Assembly: GCA_963817895.1 (NCBI GenBank)
Contig: CAWFQB010000006.1
Location: forward strand, 352,001 to 416,000
Direction of reading: 5' to 3'
DNA length: 64,000 nucleotides
Source: an uncultured Chthonomonadaceae bacterium
GTDB taxonomy: Bacteria > Armatimonadota > Chthonomonadetes > Chthonomonadales > Chthonomonadaceae
Shown: positions 22,965 through 32,007 of the stretch, piece after piece
Layout of the letters: each line of letters starts with the position of its first letter
Numbering within the stretch: position 1 is the stretch's first letter
The notes under the pieces: generated by a model
Told to the model about the DNA's origin: nothing
Databases searched by the model: none
Seen by the model: only the letters and a program-made list of their open reading frames with translations
Program-made: the position numbers and the translations under genes

Positions 22965-23756
22965 CTACCGTTTCCCCCGCAGCAGGCGCACAAGGTCGGA
23001 ACGCTGTTCCTTTTGCGCAAGTGTGAGAGGGCTTTCACCATCCTTGTTACGCGCATTGGGGTCGGCTCCATGCGCCAGAAGCATACCGATAATACGAGGA
23101 TCGGCGTCATCAGCTATCGCGCAATACAAGGCTGTGTTTCCTGGCCCATCCGCCATATCAACATTTGCGCCATGCTCCAGAAGGCAATGCATGGTGTCCA
23201 CATCACAGCCCGCAACAGCAAACATCAGCGGCGTTTCGCCGTATGGTTCAGGCGCATTGACGTTCGCGCCAGACGCCAGCAGTAATTGCGCGATATGTGG
23301 ATGCTTCCACCGAACGGCATAGAACAGTGCCGTTCGTCCGTCCTCATCTGTTGCCTGAACATCCCCGCCATGAACCAGCATCGCCTGCACAAATGTCGCA
23401 TCGTCCGGGGAATGGTAATCCGTTATGTCCTCTGGCGTCCACTCCGTAGGTACGCCTCCGCAGGCGATGTGAAACGCAGTGGTACTGTCATTGACAACGG
23501 GCGGCGAGCGGCGCAGGAGTTGGCACAACAGTTGCGGGAGGGTGGGAGGAGGCGAGGCTTCCTGACGAGTGTTCGGGTCGGCTCCGGCATTGACGAGAGC
23601 TAGCGCGGCCTTGTTGTCGTGGCGGACAAGGGCATCAATGAACTGTCGGTTGCGGGTGTATTGTCGTTTCGCCTGCCATATGCACAACCCTCCCGCGCCG
23701 ACAACGGCCAGCACGATTACCAACAACAGCAGTAACGAACGTCGCGCTTTCTTCAT
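22965..23756 (-). CDS. N-terminally membrane-anchored ankyrin repeat protein (ANK2)
   Basis: Paralog of ANK1 with one more ankyrin repeat; GRTALFYA, GETPLMFA, GNTALYCA, GESPL. Confidence 0.92.
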   Translation of the reverse strand: MKKARRSLLLLLVIVLAVVGAGGLCIWQAKRQYTRNRQFIDALVRHDNKAALALVNAGADPNTRQEASPPPTLPQLLCQLLRRSPPVVNDSTTAFHIACGGVPTEWTPEDITDYHSPDDATFVQAMLVHGGDVQATDEDGRTALFYAVRWKHPHIAQLLLASGANVNAPEPYGETPLMFAVAGCDVDTMHCLLEHGANVDMADGPGNTALYCAIADDADPRIIGMLLAHGADPNARNKDGESPLTLAQKEQRSDLVRLLRGKR

Positions 23757-23801
23757 TGTCGGTTCCTCTCCACGTATTGTACCTGCGAACCAGGAGTTTC
23801 T

Positions 23802-23993
23802 ACCCTCATCCGGCCTCCGGCCACCTTCTCCCTGCAAGGGAGAAGGCGAATGTGGCAGTCTGGCGCGAGGAATAGGGGATTGCTTTGTGCGCAGCACTGC
23901 GGTATTTACCGCCCAAGTCTCCGTCCAACCGGGCATTGAACAATTTCGCCTTCGCCCTTGCAGGGAGAAGGTGGCCGGAGGCCGGATGAGGGT
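23802..23993. repeat. 192-bp palindromic REP-pair element, copy 3
   Basis: Near-identical direct copy of 22768-22959. Confidence 0.92.
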
Positions 23994-24075
23994 CCAATCT
24001 TTCGTCCGCACCCTCCCGCAACCGTCACAATGCACACAAGGGAAAAAGAGAACAGAACGGGTGTGCCATAAGAAC

Positions 24076-27000
24076 TCACCCGGACGCCGCAGCAGAAGCC
24101 GAAGCCTCCACATACGCGCAAACCGTCCACAACGCGTCCCATATTGCATCGGCCACAGAATGATACGGTGTAAATCCAGGCATAGTCTCGTTAATAGAAG
24201 CTCCCATTGCCTGAAACAAAAATTGTTGAACGCTAATGAAGTTGACCGCATCACACGAGGTAGAACGTCGTGTGAAAAGTTTCGTGAGTGATTCGGCGGC
24301 AGAAGCGCGCACATTTTTGTCTTCATCCTTGCAGGCGTGGAGCAGGGCGCTGACCACTTCCCCGGAACTCTGTCCCGTCTGTCCCAGGGCTTGTACGGCA
24401 GAAGCGCGCACATTTTTGTCTTCATCCTTGCAGGCGTGGAGCAGGGCGCTGACCACTTCCCCGGAACTCTGTCCCAACCGCCCCAGGGCTTGTACGGCAT
24501 ACCGGCGCACATTTTTGTCTTCATCCTTGCAGGCGTGGAGCAGGGCGCTGACCACTTCCCCGGAACTCTGTCCCAACCGCCCCAGGGCTTGTACGGCAGA
24601 CCAGCGCACATTGTTGTCTTCATCGTTGAGGGCGTGGAGCAGGGCGCTGACCACTTCCCCGGAACTCTGTCCCGTCTGTCCCAGGGCTTCTACGGCAGAC
24701 CAGCGCACATTGTTGTCTTCATCGTTGAGGGCGTGGAGCAGGGCGCTGACCACTTCCCCGGAACTCTGTCCCGTCTGTCCCAGGGCTTCTACGGCAGAAG
24801 CGCGCACATTTTTGTCTTCATCCTTGCAGGCGTGGAGCAGGGCGCTGACCACTTCCCCGGAACTCTGTCCCGTCTGTCCCAGGGCTTGTACGGCATACCG
24901 GCGCACATTGTTGTCTTCATCCTTGCAGGCGTGGAGCAGGGCGCTGACCACTTCCCCGGAACTCTGTCCCAACCGCCCCAGGGCTTGTACGGCAGAAGCG
25001 CGCACATTTTTGTCTTCATCCTTGCAGGCGTGGAGCAGGGCGCTGACCACTTCCCCGGAACTCTGTCCCAACCGCCCCAGGGCTTCTACGGCATACCGGC
25101 GCACATTGTTGTCTTCATCGTTGAGGGCGTGGAGCAGGGCGCTGACCACTTCCCCGGAACTCTGTCCCGTCTGTCCCAGGGCTTCTACGGCATACCGGCG
25201 CACATTGTTGTCTTCATCGTTGAGGGCGTGGAGCAGCAGTCGGGTTGTTTCCCTGCCTGCTTCCGTGTCGCCCAAATAGGCCATACGCGCCAGGAGGCGT
25301 TCGCGTAATGGCCGGTATTTGCCTGCGCCAGTCCTATCCATATACAGGGACACCAGTTTCCCCGCCACATCACGAATCAAACTCGTTTCGGCTCCGGCGC
25401 AGTCGCCCAGACAGTGCGCGGCGAACAGCAAATCGCGGTGCAGCACATTCTCGTAAGCGCCTGGCTGAAACCCTTCCTCCTGCGCTTCTTCCCCTTGCGC
25501 AAGAATGGCCGAACGTATCAGGTCACTGGCATATTCCGGGCGGCTCTTGCTTTCATAGCCGATGGCAAGCAGTATTGGCTCCTCCCAACGGGGCTGATGC
25601 CGATGCTTATAAATGGTTTTTGCAGTGGTCTTATAGCGCCGCAGCAGTTCGCGCCCGACATAATATTCCTCAAACGTCAGGTGCATGAAGCCAAAGTAGC
25701 CCGGCGCGCGTTCCACAAACAGGCCTGTATGCTCCCGAACGCGCCGCAAAAAGTCGTCAACCGCTTTCGTTACCTCTTCGCCGTCCGGTTCCTTGCCCCG
25801 CTGCTTTGCCAGCAGGTCGGCGAGATGCTCCTGCACGTCGCGCTTGCTCGCCATTCCCGTCGGCTTTGTCTCGTGCAGCCACAGGGCGAGGGGGCCGAGC
25901 AAGCGCAATGCCTCGTCTTCTTCCACGCACTGTACGCCCGGAATCCCCCGGTGCAGCTGCCAATCCCGCAGCAGGGTTTGCGTGGCGAGTTCGTACAACT
26001 CCACGCGACGACGAGGCATGTGCGCGCCGTTGCGCTTGATAAGACACAGAATCGTCAGCAGGAGGGGATTGGTTGCCAGTCGGCGAACACCAAGATTGTC
26101 TTGCAGTGCGCGTTCCACGTCGGCCACTTCCACCGTCGCCCTATCCTGTACATCGCTTTCGGGAGCATCGGGCGTCAGATGGCGTTCGTAGGCGAGGCAC
26201 CAGCGTTGCAGGAAGCGATGGATTTGCTCCGTCTCCATATCCTCTAGCGTGAACTCGGCAAACTCACTGCCAAGCGGCGCGATGCGATACCCGGCAATGC
26301 GGCTTGTCACCAGAAAGCGGTTGCCCGGATTGGCGGATACAAATTCGTCAATGCGGGTGGCAATCTGCGCCCGGTCGCCGGGAGCAATGACTTCATCCAG
26401 GCCGTCCAGAAGCACAAATGCCCGTTTTGCGCGCAGGGCATCATCGAACAGCCTTTGCAGCTTCTCCGGCGCCATATTCAGTTCATCAAATGCGAGGGGC
26501 AGAAACCGGCGCAAACTCGTGGCGGGATGTTCCCTGAGATATTCGGCGTAGCGGGAAATGCGAACGAAAATCGGCAGGCAGGCTTCGCCATACTCCTCGT
26601 TTTCCGCATCCCGCACGATTGTTTCATTCTGCTGCACCGCCCGCGCGAAATGCAGTGCCAGAAAGCGCATCAGCGTAGTTTTGCCCGCGCCCGGATCGCC
26701 CAATACCACCATACGCGCATTGGCCTTCACCGCTACGGGCAGTTCGACGCTTTCCGTCCGCTTCTCCTGCGCTTTCAGTTGAAACCGTTCTAACTCCCGC
26801 TGCTCCCATTCGTCAAACAATTCCGTCTCATAATCGCGCCCCGGCTTGTTAAAGCGGTCGCGCGTCCACGTTCGTTCCACCTGCCGTTCCGCTTTGAGCG
26901 ACACGTATACTTCGTCCAGTTTCAGCATCGCCGAGCGCGTCGTCTGCATCACGCCGCGCGGGTCCATGTACTCATTGCGCCGAAGGATGTAGTCGAGATA

Positions 27001-27723
27001 GAACGCGCTGTCAAGGGTCAAAAACCGGTGAAGGTCGCCTGAGAAGGAAACGACCGGGTTACTCTCCTCTTCGTCGCAGTTGCGGCCAAGCGCGGCAAGC
27101 GCGATATTACGCTGCTGTCGGAACTCGCTGACGTGGTAGGCAGGCAGATTGGGACGGGTCAACATTTCGTCATAGCGGCGCACATCACGGCGGTAATCTT
27201 CAGCCTCTTCCAGCGTCAGCCTGCCAATGGCCGTTGTCGCAATTTCTGCATTACAATCCAATGGCAGTTCAATGGTCGCATCGCGCCACGCGGCGAAGTC
27301 GGGAGCCTGTTGCAGTAACTCTTGAAAAATCTGACTTGAAACCCAGAGGATTAACGCTGCCTGTGAATCGCGGACATCCTCACGATGGTTGTTGAGCAGT
27401 TCCAGTGCGGTCTGATAGTCGTCCGTGGGGCGATCCGCGAGGGCTTCCAGACCATACGCGCAGACGCATACCGGCAACTCGCGGCGTGGGATACTGCGGC
27501 AAAATCGGGGCAGGCTGCGCTGTTCCGTCTGCGCGTAATCGAATTCGCGCAGATACCGCTGCCCGCTGAGACGTTCCCCCAACTCGGCGATAGCTTCCCG
27601 GCGCAGCATCAGGTTTTCAACCAGGACAAAAACAATATGGGAACGCTCTTCATCGCGCAGCGCGTTCTCAATCTGCTGCATGGCCTCGGCTATCTGTGGA
27701 TTTGTTGTAAAAACAGGGTTCAT
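24076..27723 (-). CDS. NACHT (STAND) NTPase with C-terminal HEAT repeats and an N-terminal APDF..WR domain
   Basis: LGDPGAGKTT Walker A, LLDGLDEV Walker B, LVTSR, NPLLL, FMHLTFEEYY, PRWEEPI; 31-aa HEAT/PBS-lyase-like repeats. Confidence 0.93.
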   Translation of the reverse strand: MNPVFTTNPQIAEAMQQIENALRDEERSHIVFVLVENLMLRREAIAELGERLSGQRYLREFDYAQTEQRSLPRFCRSIPRRELPVCVCAYGLEALADRPTDDYQTALELLNNHREDVRDSQAALILWVSSQIFQELLQQAPDFAAWRDATIELPLDCNAEIATTAIGRLTLEEAEDYRRDVRRYDEMLTRPNLPAYHVSEFRQQRNIALAALGRNCDEEESNPVVSFSGDLHRFLTLDSAFYLDYILRRNEYMDPRGVMQTTRSAMLKLDEVYVSLKAERQVERTWTRDRFNKPGRDYETELFDEWEQRELERFQLKAQEKRTESVELPVAVKANARMVVLGDPGAGKTTLMRFLALHFARAVQQNETIVRDAENEEYGEACLPIFVRISRYAEYLREHPATSLRRFLPLAFDELNMAPEKLQRLFDDALRAKRAFVLLDGLDEVIAPGDRAQIATRIDEFVSANPGNRFLVTSRIAGYRIAPLGSEFAEFTLEDMETEQIHRFLQRWCLAYERHLTPDAPESDVQDRATVEVADVERALQDNLGVRRLATNPLLLTILCLIKRNGAHMPRRRVELYELATQTLLRDWQLHRGIPGVQCVEEDEALRLLGPLALWLHETKPTGMASKRDVQEHLADLLAKQRGKEPDGEEVTKAVDDFLRRVREHTGLFVERAPGYFGFMHLTFEEYYVGRELLRRYKTTAKTIYKHRHQPRWEEPILLAIGYESKSRPEYASDLIRSAILAQGEEAQEEGFQPGAYENVLHRDLLFAAHCLGDCAGAETSLIRDVAGKLVSLYMDRTGAGKYRPLRERLLARMAYLGDTEAGRETTRLLLHALNDEDNNVRRYAVEALGQTGQSSGEVVSALLHALNDEDNNVRRYAVEALGRLGQSSGEVVSALLHACKDEDKNVRASAVQALGRLGQSSGEVVSALLHACKDEDNNVRRYAVQALGQTGQSSGEVVSALLHACKDEDKNVRASAVEALGQTGQSSGEVVSALLHALNDEDNNVRWSAVEALGQTGQSSGEVVSALLHALNDEDNNVRWSAVQALGRLGQSSGEVVSALLHACKDEDKNVRRYAVQALGRLGQSSGEVVSALLHACKDEDKNVRASAVQALGQTGQSSGEVVSALLHACKDEDKNVRASAAESLTKLFTRRSTSCDAVNFISVQQFLFQAMGASINETMPGFTPYHSVADAIWDALWTVCAYVEASASAAASG
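24297..25237. repeat. 93-bp tandem repeat array (9 full copies plus a partial one) encoding HEAT repeats
   Basis: Constant block gtggagcagggcgctgaccacttccccggaactctgtccc recurs every 93 bp. Confidence 0.97.
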
Positions 27724-27735
27724 CGTCTTGCCATT

Positions 27736-29046
27736 CTATACCAACTCATCCCATATAAGCGGATGCGCGTCGAACCAGGTGCGGGAATTCTGATAGGCGA
27801 CAATCAGCAAAGCGTGAAGCAGGTCGGCGCACTCCTTGTTTTGCGATGGCTTTTTGGCCTCATGTACCCTTTTCAATTCCGCCGTATTCTCGATGGTCAG
27901 GCGGCGCGTGTATTCGGCAAGCAGTTTGTCTACCGCTGTCTGCGCCGCCTGCATGGTAATGCTATCCAAGCCCTTCTGTTCGGCGTAGCGGCAGGCGTCT
28001 TCCACGAGACGAATCAGCCAGCGTAGCACCCCTCCGCTTTTGAAGATCAACAAGTCGAGGGTATCTTTCTCGAACAACTTCTCCTCAGTCAATCCGACAG
28101 TCAGCAGCCGCTTGGTCACAACTTCGCGCAGTTCCGCATACCCCTTCTCATAGCGCGTCTCCTGATTAGTGCGATGATAAAGGCGAATGTTGGGCAGAAA
28201 GTAACATTCCGCGCTGGTTTCCACTTCGCCGAAAGCCAGCGATGTGTAAACCAACATGGGAACTGTGTAGATGATACGGCACAGAGGAGATTGAAGCGCG
28301 GTGCTGTTGATAAACAGTTCATTGGCCTGTTCCTGCCGCTGTATCTTGTCCAGGTCGTCTACGATAACCAGCAAAGGCTTCCCGATGACATCTTCCACTT
28401 CGGCAATAATCAGGTTGATGCGTCTGAGAATATTCGGAATTTGCGGCTCGACCGGGCGGGTACGCAGAATTTCTTCCGTCACGCCGGAGGAAATTTTGAA
28501 TATTTTACCCATCCCATCCGCCAGCATTTTACCTACGCTAGACCCTGCCATTCCGGCTGTCACTATTAACAACTTCTGCGCCAACTCTACGAGATTGAGA
28601 GATTGATCCCTTACTGTCTCTTTGTCGTTATAAGTGATGGCATAAACGGCTTCGCCCAGGTCTTGCAGCAGTTCCTTGTTGATTGCGTAACCTTCCTGTA
28701 CAGCTGCCTGAAAAATTGTCGTACCGAGAAGTAACAGCAGGTCAATGAGATTGGCTTTGGGACTATCGAGATTGTGCGTGATGTTCACGTAAACGACAAA
28801 ATAGTCCTCATTGAAGTGGTCGCGCAGCTTAAACAGCAGAGAACTTTTGCCGCTTCCACGATGCCCAGTAAAGAAAGCGACAGGCGGCTTTGTGGGCTGT
28901 TCTTCCTTCCGCAATACCATAACCATATCGTCAAATGGGCTATGTTCTCGTGGGCAGTACAGAGTTCGGCTACGCTCTCCTGCAAGAACCTCCGAAGGGT
29001 CGAACGCTCGGTAAAGCTGTAACCAGAACTGTGTAGGGTGAGGCAT
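27736..29046 (-). CDS. P-loop ATPase (AAA+/STAND-like) directly upstream of the NACHT gene
   Basis: GHRGSGKS Walker A, LVIVDDLDK Walker B, IIYTVP, SGGVLR, C-terminal HPL; 12 bp gap to the NACHT ATG. Confidence 0.88.
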   Translation of the reverse strand: MPHPTQFWLQLYRAFDPSEVLAGERSRTLYCPREHSPFDDMVMVLRKEEQPTKPPVAFFTGHRGSGKSSLLFKLRDHFNEDYFVVYVNITHNLDSPKANLIDLLLLLGTTIFQAAVQEGYAINKELLQDLGEAVYAITYNDKETVRDQSLNLVELAQKLLIVTAGMAGSSVGKMLADGMGKIFKISSGVTEEILRTRPVEPQIPNILRRINLIIAEVEDVIGKPLLVIVDDLDKIQRQEQANELFINSTALQSPLCRIIYTVPMLVYTSLAFGEVETSAECYFLPNIRLYHRTNQETRYEKGYAELREVVTKRLLTVGLTEEKLFEKDTLDLLIFKSGGVLRWLIRLVEDACRYAEQKGLDSITMQAAQTAVDKLLAEYTRRLTIENTAELKRVHEAKKPSQNKECADLLHALLIVAYQNSRTWFDAHPLIWDELV

Positions 29047-29346
29047 GGCAAGGTTCCTTTGCAACAGAGGATTTGATAATAGTCCTGAACACATTATACT
29101 AAAATGGTTGAGTCCTGTCAATGAGAGCAAGCGCTGTTCCAAAATCAAACACATGGCTCTATTTCTATTATGTTGTAAACGAACAGAGTACGAAACTTCA
29201 ATGTCGTGGTTAAGCGCGAAATTACCTACACTGCCTGCTTCTTCCGAACATTTGTAGCGTCACCCTCAAGAGAAAACGATCATTAGCCACAATCTAATGC
29301 AATTCGCTCAACAGGGAGCAATACAGTAATTCTGAGGAGGAAAATC

Positions 29347-30009
29347 GTGGCGAAAGTGGTGTTTGCTGCCGACATTCAGGCGATGCGGGGCAAGATGGGC
29401 AACAGTGTTTTCAGTCGGGCGCGGAACGGCAACACCGTGCGTACCCGCGTCAAGGGCAAGAACCCGCGCACGTCTGCGCAGACCGGCGTTCGGTCGAATT
29501 TCAGCAAGGCCGCCACGTCGTATAAAAACATGACGCCGGCACAGGTGAGCGCGTGGCAGGTGTACGCGGCGGGGCAGATCAAGCACGATAGCCTTTCCGG
29601 GCTGAGTTACGTGCCGTCCGGCAATACGGTCTTTGTAGGACTGGCAGCCAAGTTCCTGCAAATCAACCCGACCGGAACCGTACCCGTCACGCCGCCCACA
29701 GCCGCCTTTTCCGGGGACAGCATCACGGTCACGGCAGCGGGAAGCAGCGGCAAAGTGATCTTTACGGGCAGCGGCAACAACAGCGCGAACATCAAAACGG
29801 AATTACTGCTCCAGCCACTGAAAAGCCAGAACCGAGCCGCCGCCAATAATGGCTACCGCAGCAAAGGCTTTATCGCGTTTGCCGGTACCAGCCTGGCACA
29901 GAATGTCACCGTACCCGCCGGCTTTTACGTGCCTGCGTATCGGTTTGTGAATACGCTGACCGGACAGGAATCGCTACTCGTCACCCTGCCTGTCGCGCAG
30001 GCTACCTGA
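29347..30009 (+). CDS. Basic hypothetical protein, DUF6266-like N-terminus (paralog of 20033-20692)
   Basis: MRGKMGNSVFSRARNG..VR...KNPRTSAQ..VR..F; GTG after gaggagg. Confidence 0.85.
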   Translation: MAKVVFAADIQAMRGKMGNSVFSRARNGNTVRTRVKGKNPRTSAQTGVRSNFSKAATSYKNMTPAQVSAWQVYAAGQIKHDSLSGLSYVPSGNTVFVGLAAKFLQINPTGTVPVTPPTAAFSGDSITVTAAGSSGKVIFTGSGNNSANIKTELLLQPLKSQNRAAANNGYRSKGFIAFAGTSLAQNVTVPAGFYVPAYRFVNTLTGQESLLVTLPVAQAT

Positions 30010-30124
30010 TCCACTTCAACGCAGTGGCCCGTAATTTCGCGCCTTCTCTCTCTCTCGCCCGGATGAAAACCATGAGCGAACATGAGAGAGGGCGCGGAAC
30101 CGTTTAGAGGATTCTTGCGGATTT

Positions 30125-31912
30125 TCATGCCTCATTGTCGGGAACGGTGGCGGGGAAGGTGACGACAACGCGCCCGCCATGGGCAGAATTCTCAAAAAGA
30201 ACGTCGCCGCGCAGGTCCCAACGGGCGGAGCTTTCGATAAGTTCCACTCCCGTATTGGCGTGTCGGCGCGCATCGAAATCGGGCGGGAAGCCGGGGCCGT
30301 TGTCGCATATCTCCAATGTCGCCACATCGTTCGCGACGCGAAGCGTGATGTCAACCTCGCCTTTGCTGTGCTTGATGGCATTGCTGACACACTCGTTGAT
30401 GAGAAGCGCGAGGGAAGCGGCCTGATGCGCGCTGAGAGTCATATTCTCTATCTCTGCGCTGACGCGGCGATTGCCTGCCGTCTGCTGAAGCCTGTCAATG
30501 AGCTGACGCAGCACGTCTCTGGCGGGAAGATGCGTGTCTTCGCCTCCCCGTTTGATTTGCAGCGTAAGCAGATCGTGAATCGCGGCGAGCGCGCTGACGT
30601 GCAGCTTGATGCGCTGCATCTCCGGGGTTTCGCCCCTGTCGTCTGCCTGTATCTCGATGAGCGCCTGAATCACCTGAAGATTGTTTTTAACGCGGTGGTG
30701 TGTCTCGCGCATGGCCCGCGCGAGTCGGAAGTTGACGGCCTCTATCTGCTCCTGATGGCGGCGCAGCGTGTTTTCCGCCTGCACGGCTTCGGTGACATCG
30801 GCAACCACGCTGATATAGCGCAGGAGCGCGCCGTCCGCATCGAGTTCATGGCGACCGGAGAAGCGCAACACGGCGAACTGCCCATCATCGCGCGTGATGC
30901 GGCAGTTGATATGAAAGGGCTGCCCGGTTTCTCTGCTGTCGTCGGCAACGCGGGCATAGGCGTTGGCATCATCAGGGTGCAGGACGCGCCCGAAAAACTC
31001 TTCCCGCGTATAGGGGCCGAGGGCAGGGGCGCGCCCAAACAGCGCGTACATGCGGGCGTTGTCCCAATGGGCGCGTTGCGTGGCAATGTCCCAGGTGAAA
31101 ATGCCGAGTTCCGCGCCGTCTATCGCGATGCTGAGGCGGGTTTCGCGGTCCCGCAATTCGGCAATGGCTTTATTGCGCGCCGTAATATCGTGGGCAATGC
31201 CAAGCAGTCCAATCAAGCCGTTCTGGTAGTCGCGCAGGGGTGTTTTGGCAATGACAAAGGCGCGGTCTTCTCCCTCCTGCGACACGACGGACTCCAACAG
31301 GCGCGTTTCACCGGACTGCATGATGTCATGGTCAAGCTGCATCATGGCCGCCCCAATGTCTGTCTGGCGAATCTCGGCGTCGTTGCGGCCCAGTATGGCG
31401 TGAGGCGGGCAGCCGATGATGGTGGCGGCGGCGCGATTACACAGCAGATAGTTGCCCTGCGGGTCCTTAAGCGTGATGGGATCGGGAGATTGGTCGAGGA
31501 TGGCGTTCAGGAGATAATTGGCGTTTTTTAGTTCCTGCTTCGCCTCGTATTCGTCCATGCGGTTGCGGATAAGGCGGACGTAGCCACGCTGATCGCCCTC
31601 GCCTACCGCGACCAGAAGGGCGCTGCCCCAGAAGCGCGAACCATCTTTGCGCAGATGCCAGCGTTCGGCTTCGGCGCGTCCCTGTTCGCAGGCGACGCTC
31701 TCTTCAATAAGAGGCACATTTTGCGCGCGGTCTTCGGGCGTAAAGAAAATGTCGGAGAATTGTCCGATGATCTCGGCTTTTGTCCAGCCAAGCAGGTGTT
31801 CCGCGCCCGTGTTCCAGAGCAGAACGCGGCGCTCGAGATCAAGCATGAAAATAGCGTACTCCGGCGCATTCTCAAAGAGGAGGCGCAGAGTTTCGGGGGG
31901 CATTTGCTTCAT
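30125..31912 (-). CDS. Cytoplasmic multi-PAS sensor histidine kinase (HisKA_2/HWE type)
   Basis: Three PAS/PAC-like units (WNTGAE, RKDGSRFW); ETHHRVKNNLQVI H-box; ECVSNAIKH, DNGPG. Confidence 0.93.
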   Translation of the reverse strand: MKQMPPETLRLLFENAPEYAIFMLDLERRVLLWNTGAEHLLGWTKAEIIGQFSDIFFTPEDRAQNVPLIEESVACEQGRAEAERWHLRKDGSRFWGSALLVAVGEGDQRGYVRLIRNRMDEYEAKQELKNANYLLNAILDQSPDPITLKDPQGNYLLCNRAAATIIGCPPHAILGRNDAEIRQTDIGAAMMQLDHDIMQSGETRLLESVVSQEGEDRAFVIAKTPLRDYQNGLIGLLGIAHDITARNKAIAELRDRETRLSIAIDGAELGIFTWDIATQRAHWDNARMYALFGRAPALGPYTREEFFGRVLHPDDANAYARVADDSRETGQPFHINCRITRDDGQFAVLRFSGRHELDADGALLRYISVVADVTEAVQAENTLRRHQEQIEAVNFRLARAMRETHHRVKNNLQVIQALIEIQADDRGETPEMQRIKLHVSALAAIHDLLTLQIKRGGEDTHLPARDVLRQLIDRLQQTAGNRRVSAEIENMTLSAHQAASLALLINECVSNAIKHSKGEVDITLRVANDVATLEICDNGPGFPPDFDARRHANTGVELIESSARWDLRGDVLFENSAHGGRVVVTFPATVPDNEA

Positions 31913-32007
31913 TAGGTAAACAGAGCGTGGGCAATCCGTCGTCGCATAAAATAGTTTTCAGCTTATTATAACACACGTTGGGGCGGGATGCGGGCTGTAA
32001 AATGAGT

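Noticed and set aside
22965..24623. 552-aa ORF as a single repeat-ankyrin protein
   Set aside because: The N-terminal half is an off-frame reading of the HEAT array plus the palindromic element; the real gene starts at 23756 after the family-conserved leader
24297..25237. CRISPR array or DGR variable region
   Set aside because: Units are contiguous in-frame coding repeats without unique spacers; changes are not adenine-restricted; no cas or reverse transcriptase gene in the window
24236..25308. Long plus-strand ORFs over the HEAT array
   Set aside because: Stop-free shadow frames expected from a 93-bp repeat
20033..30009. Prophage or integrated virus
   Set aside because: No integrase, terminase, replication initiator or att repeats; the capsid-like resemblance is only speculative
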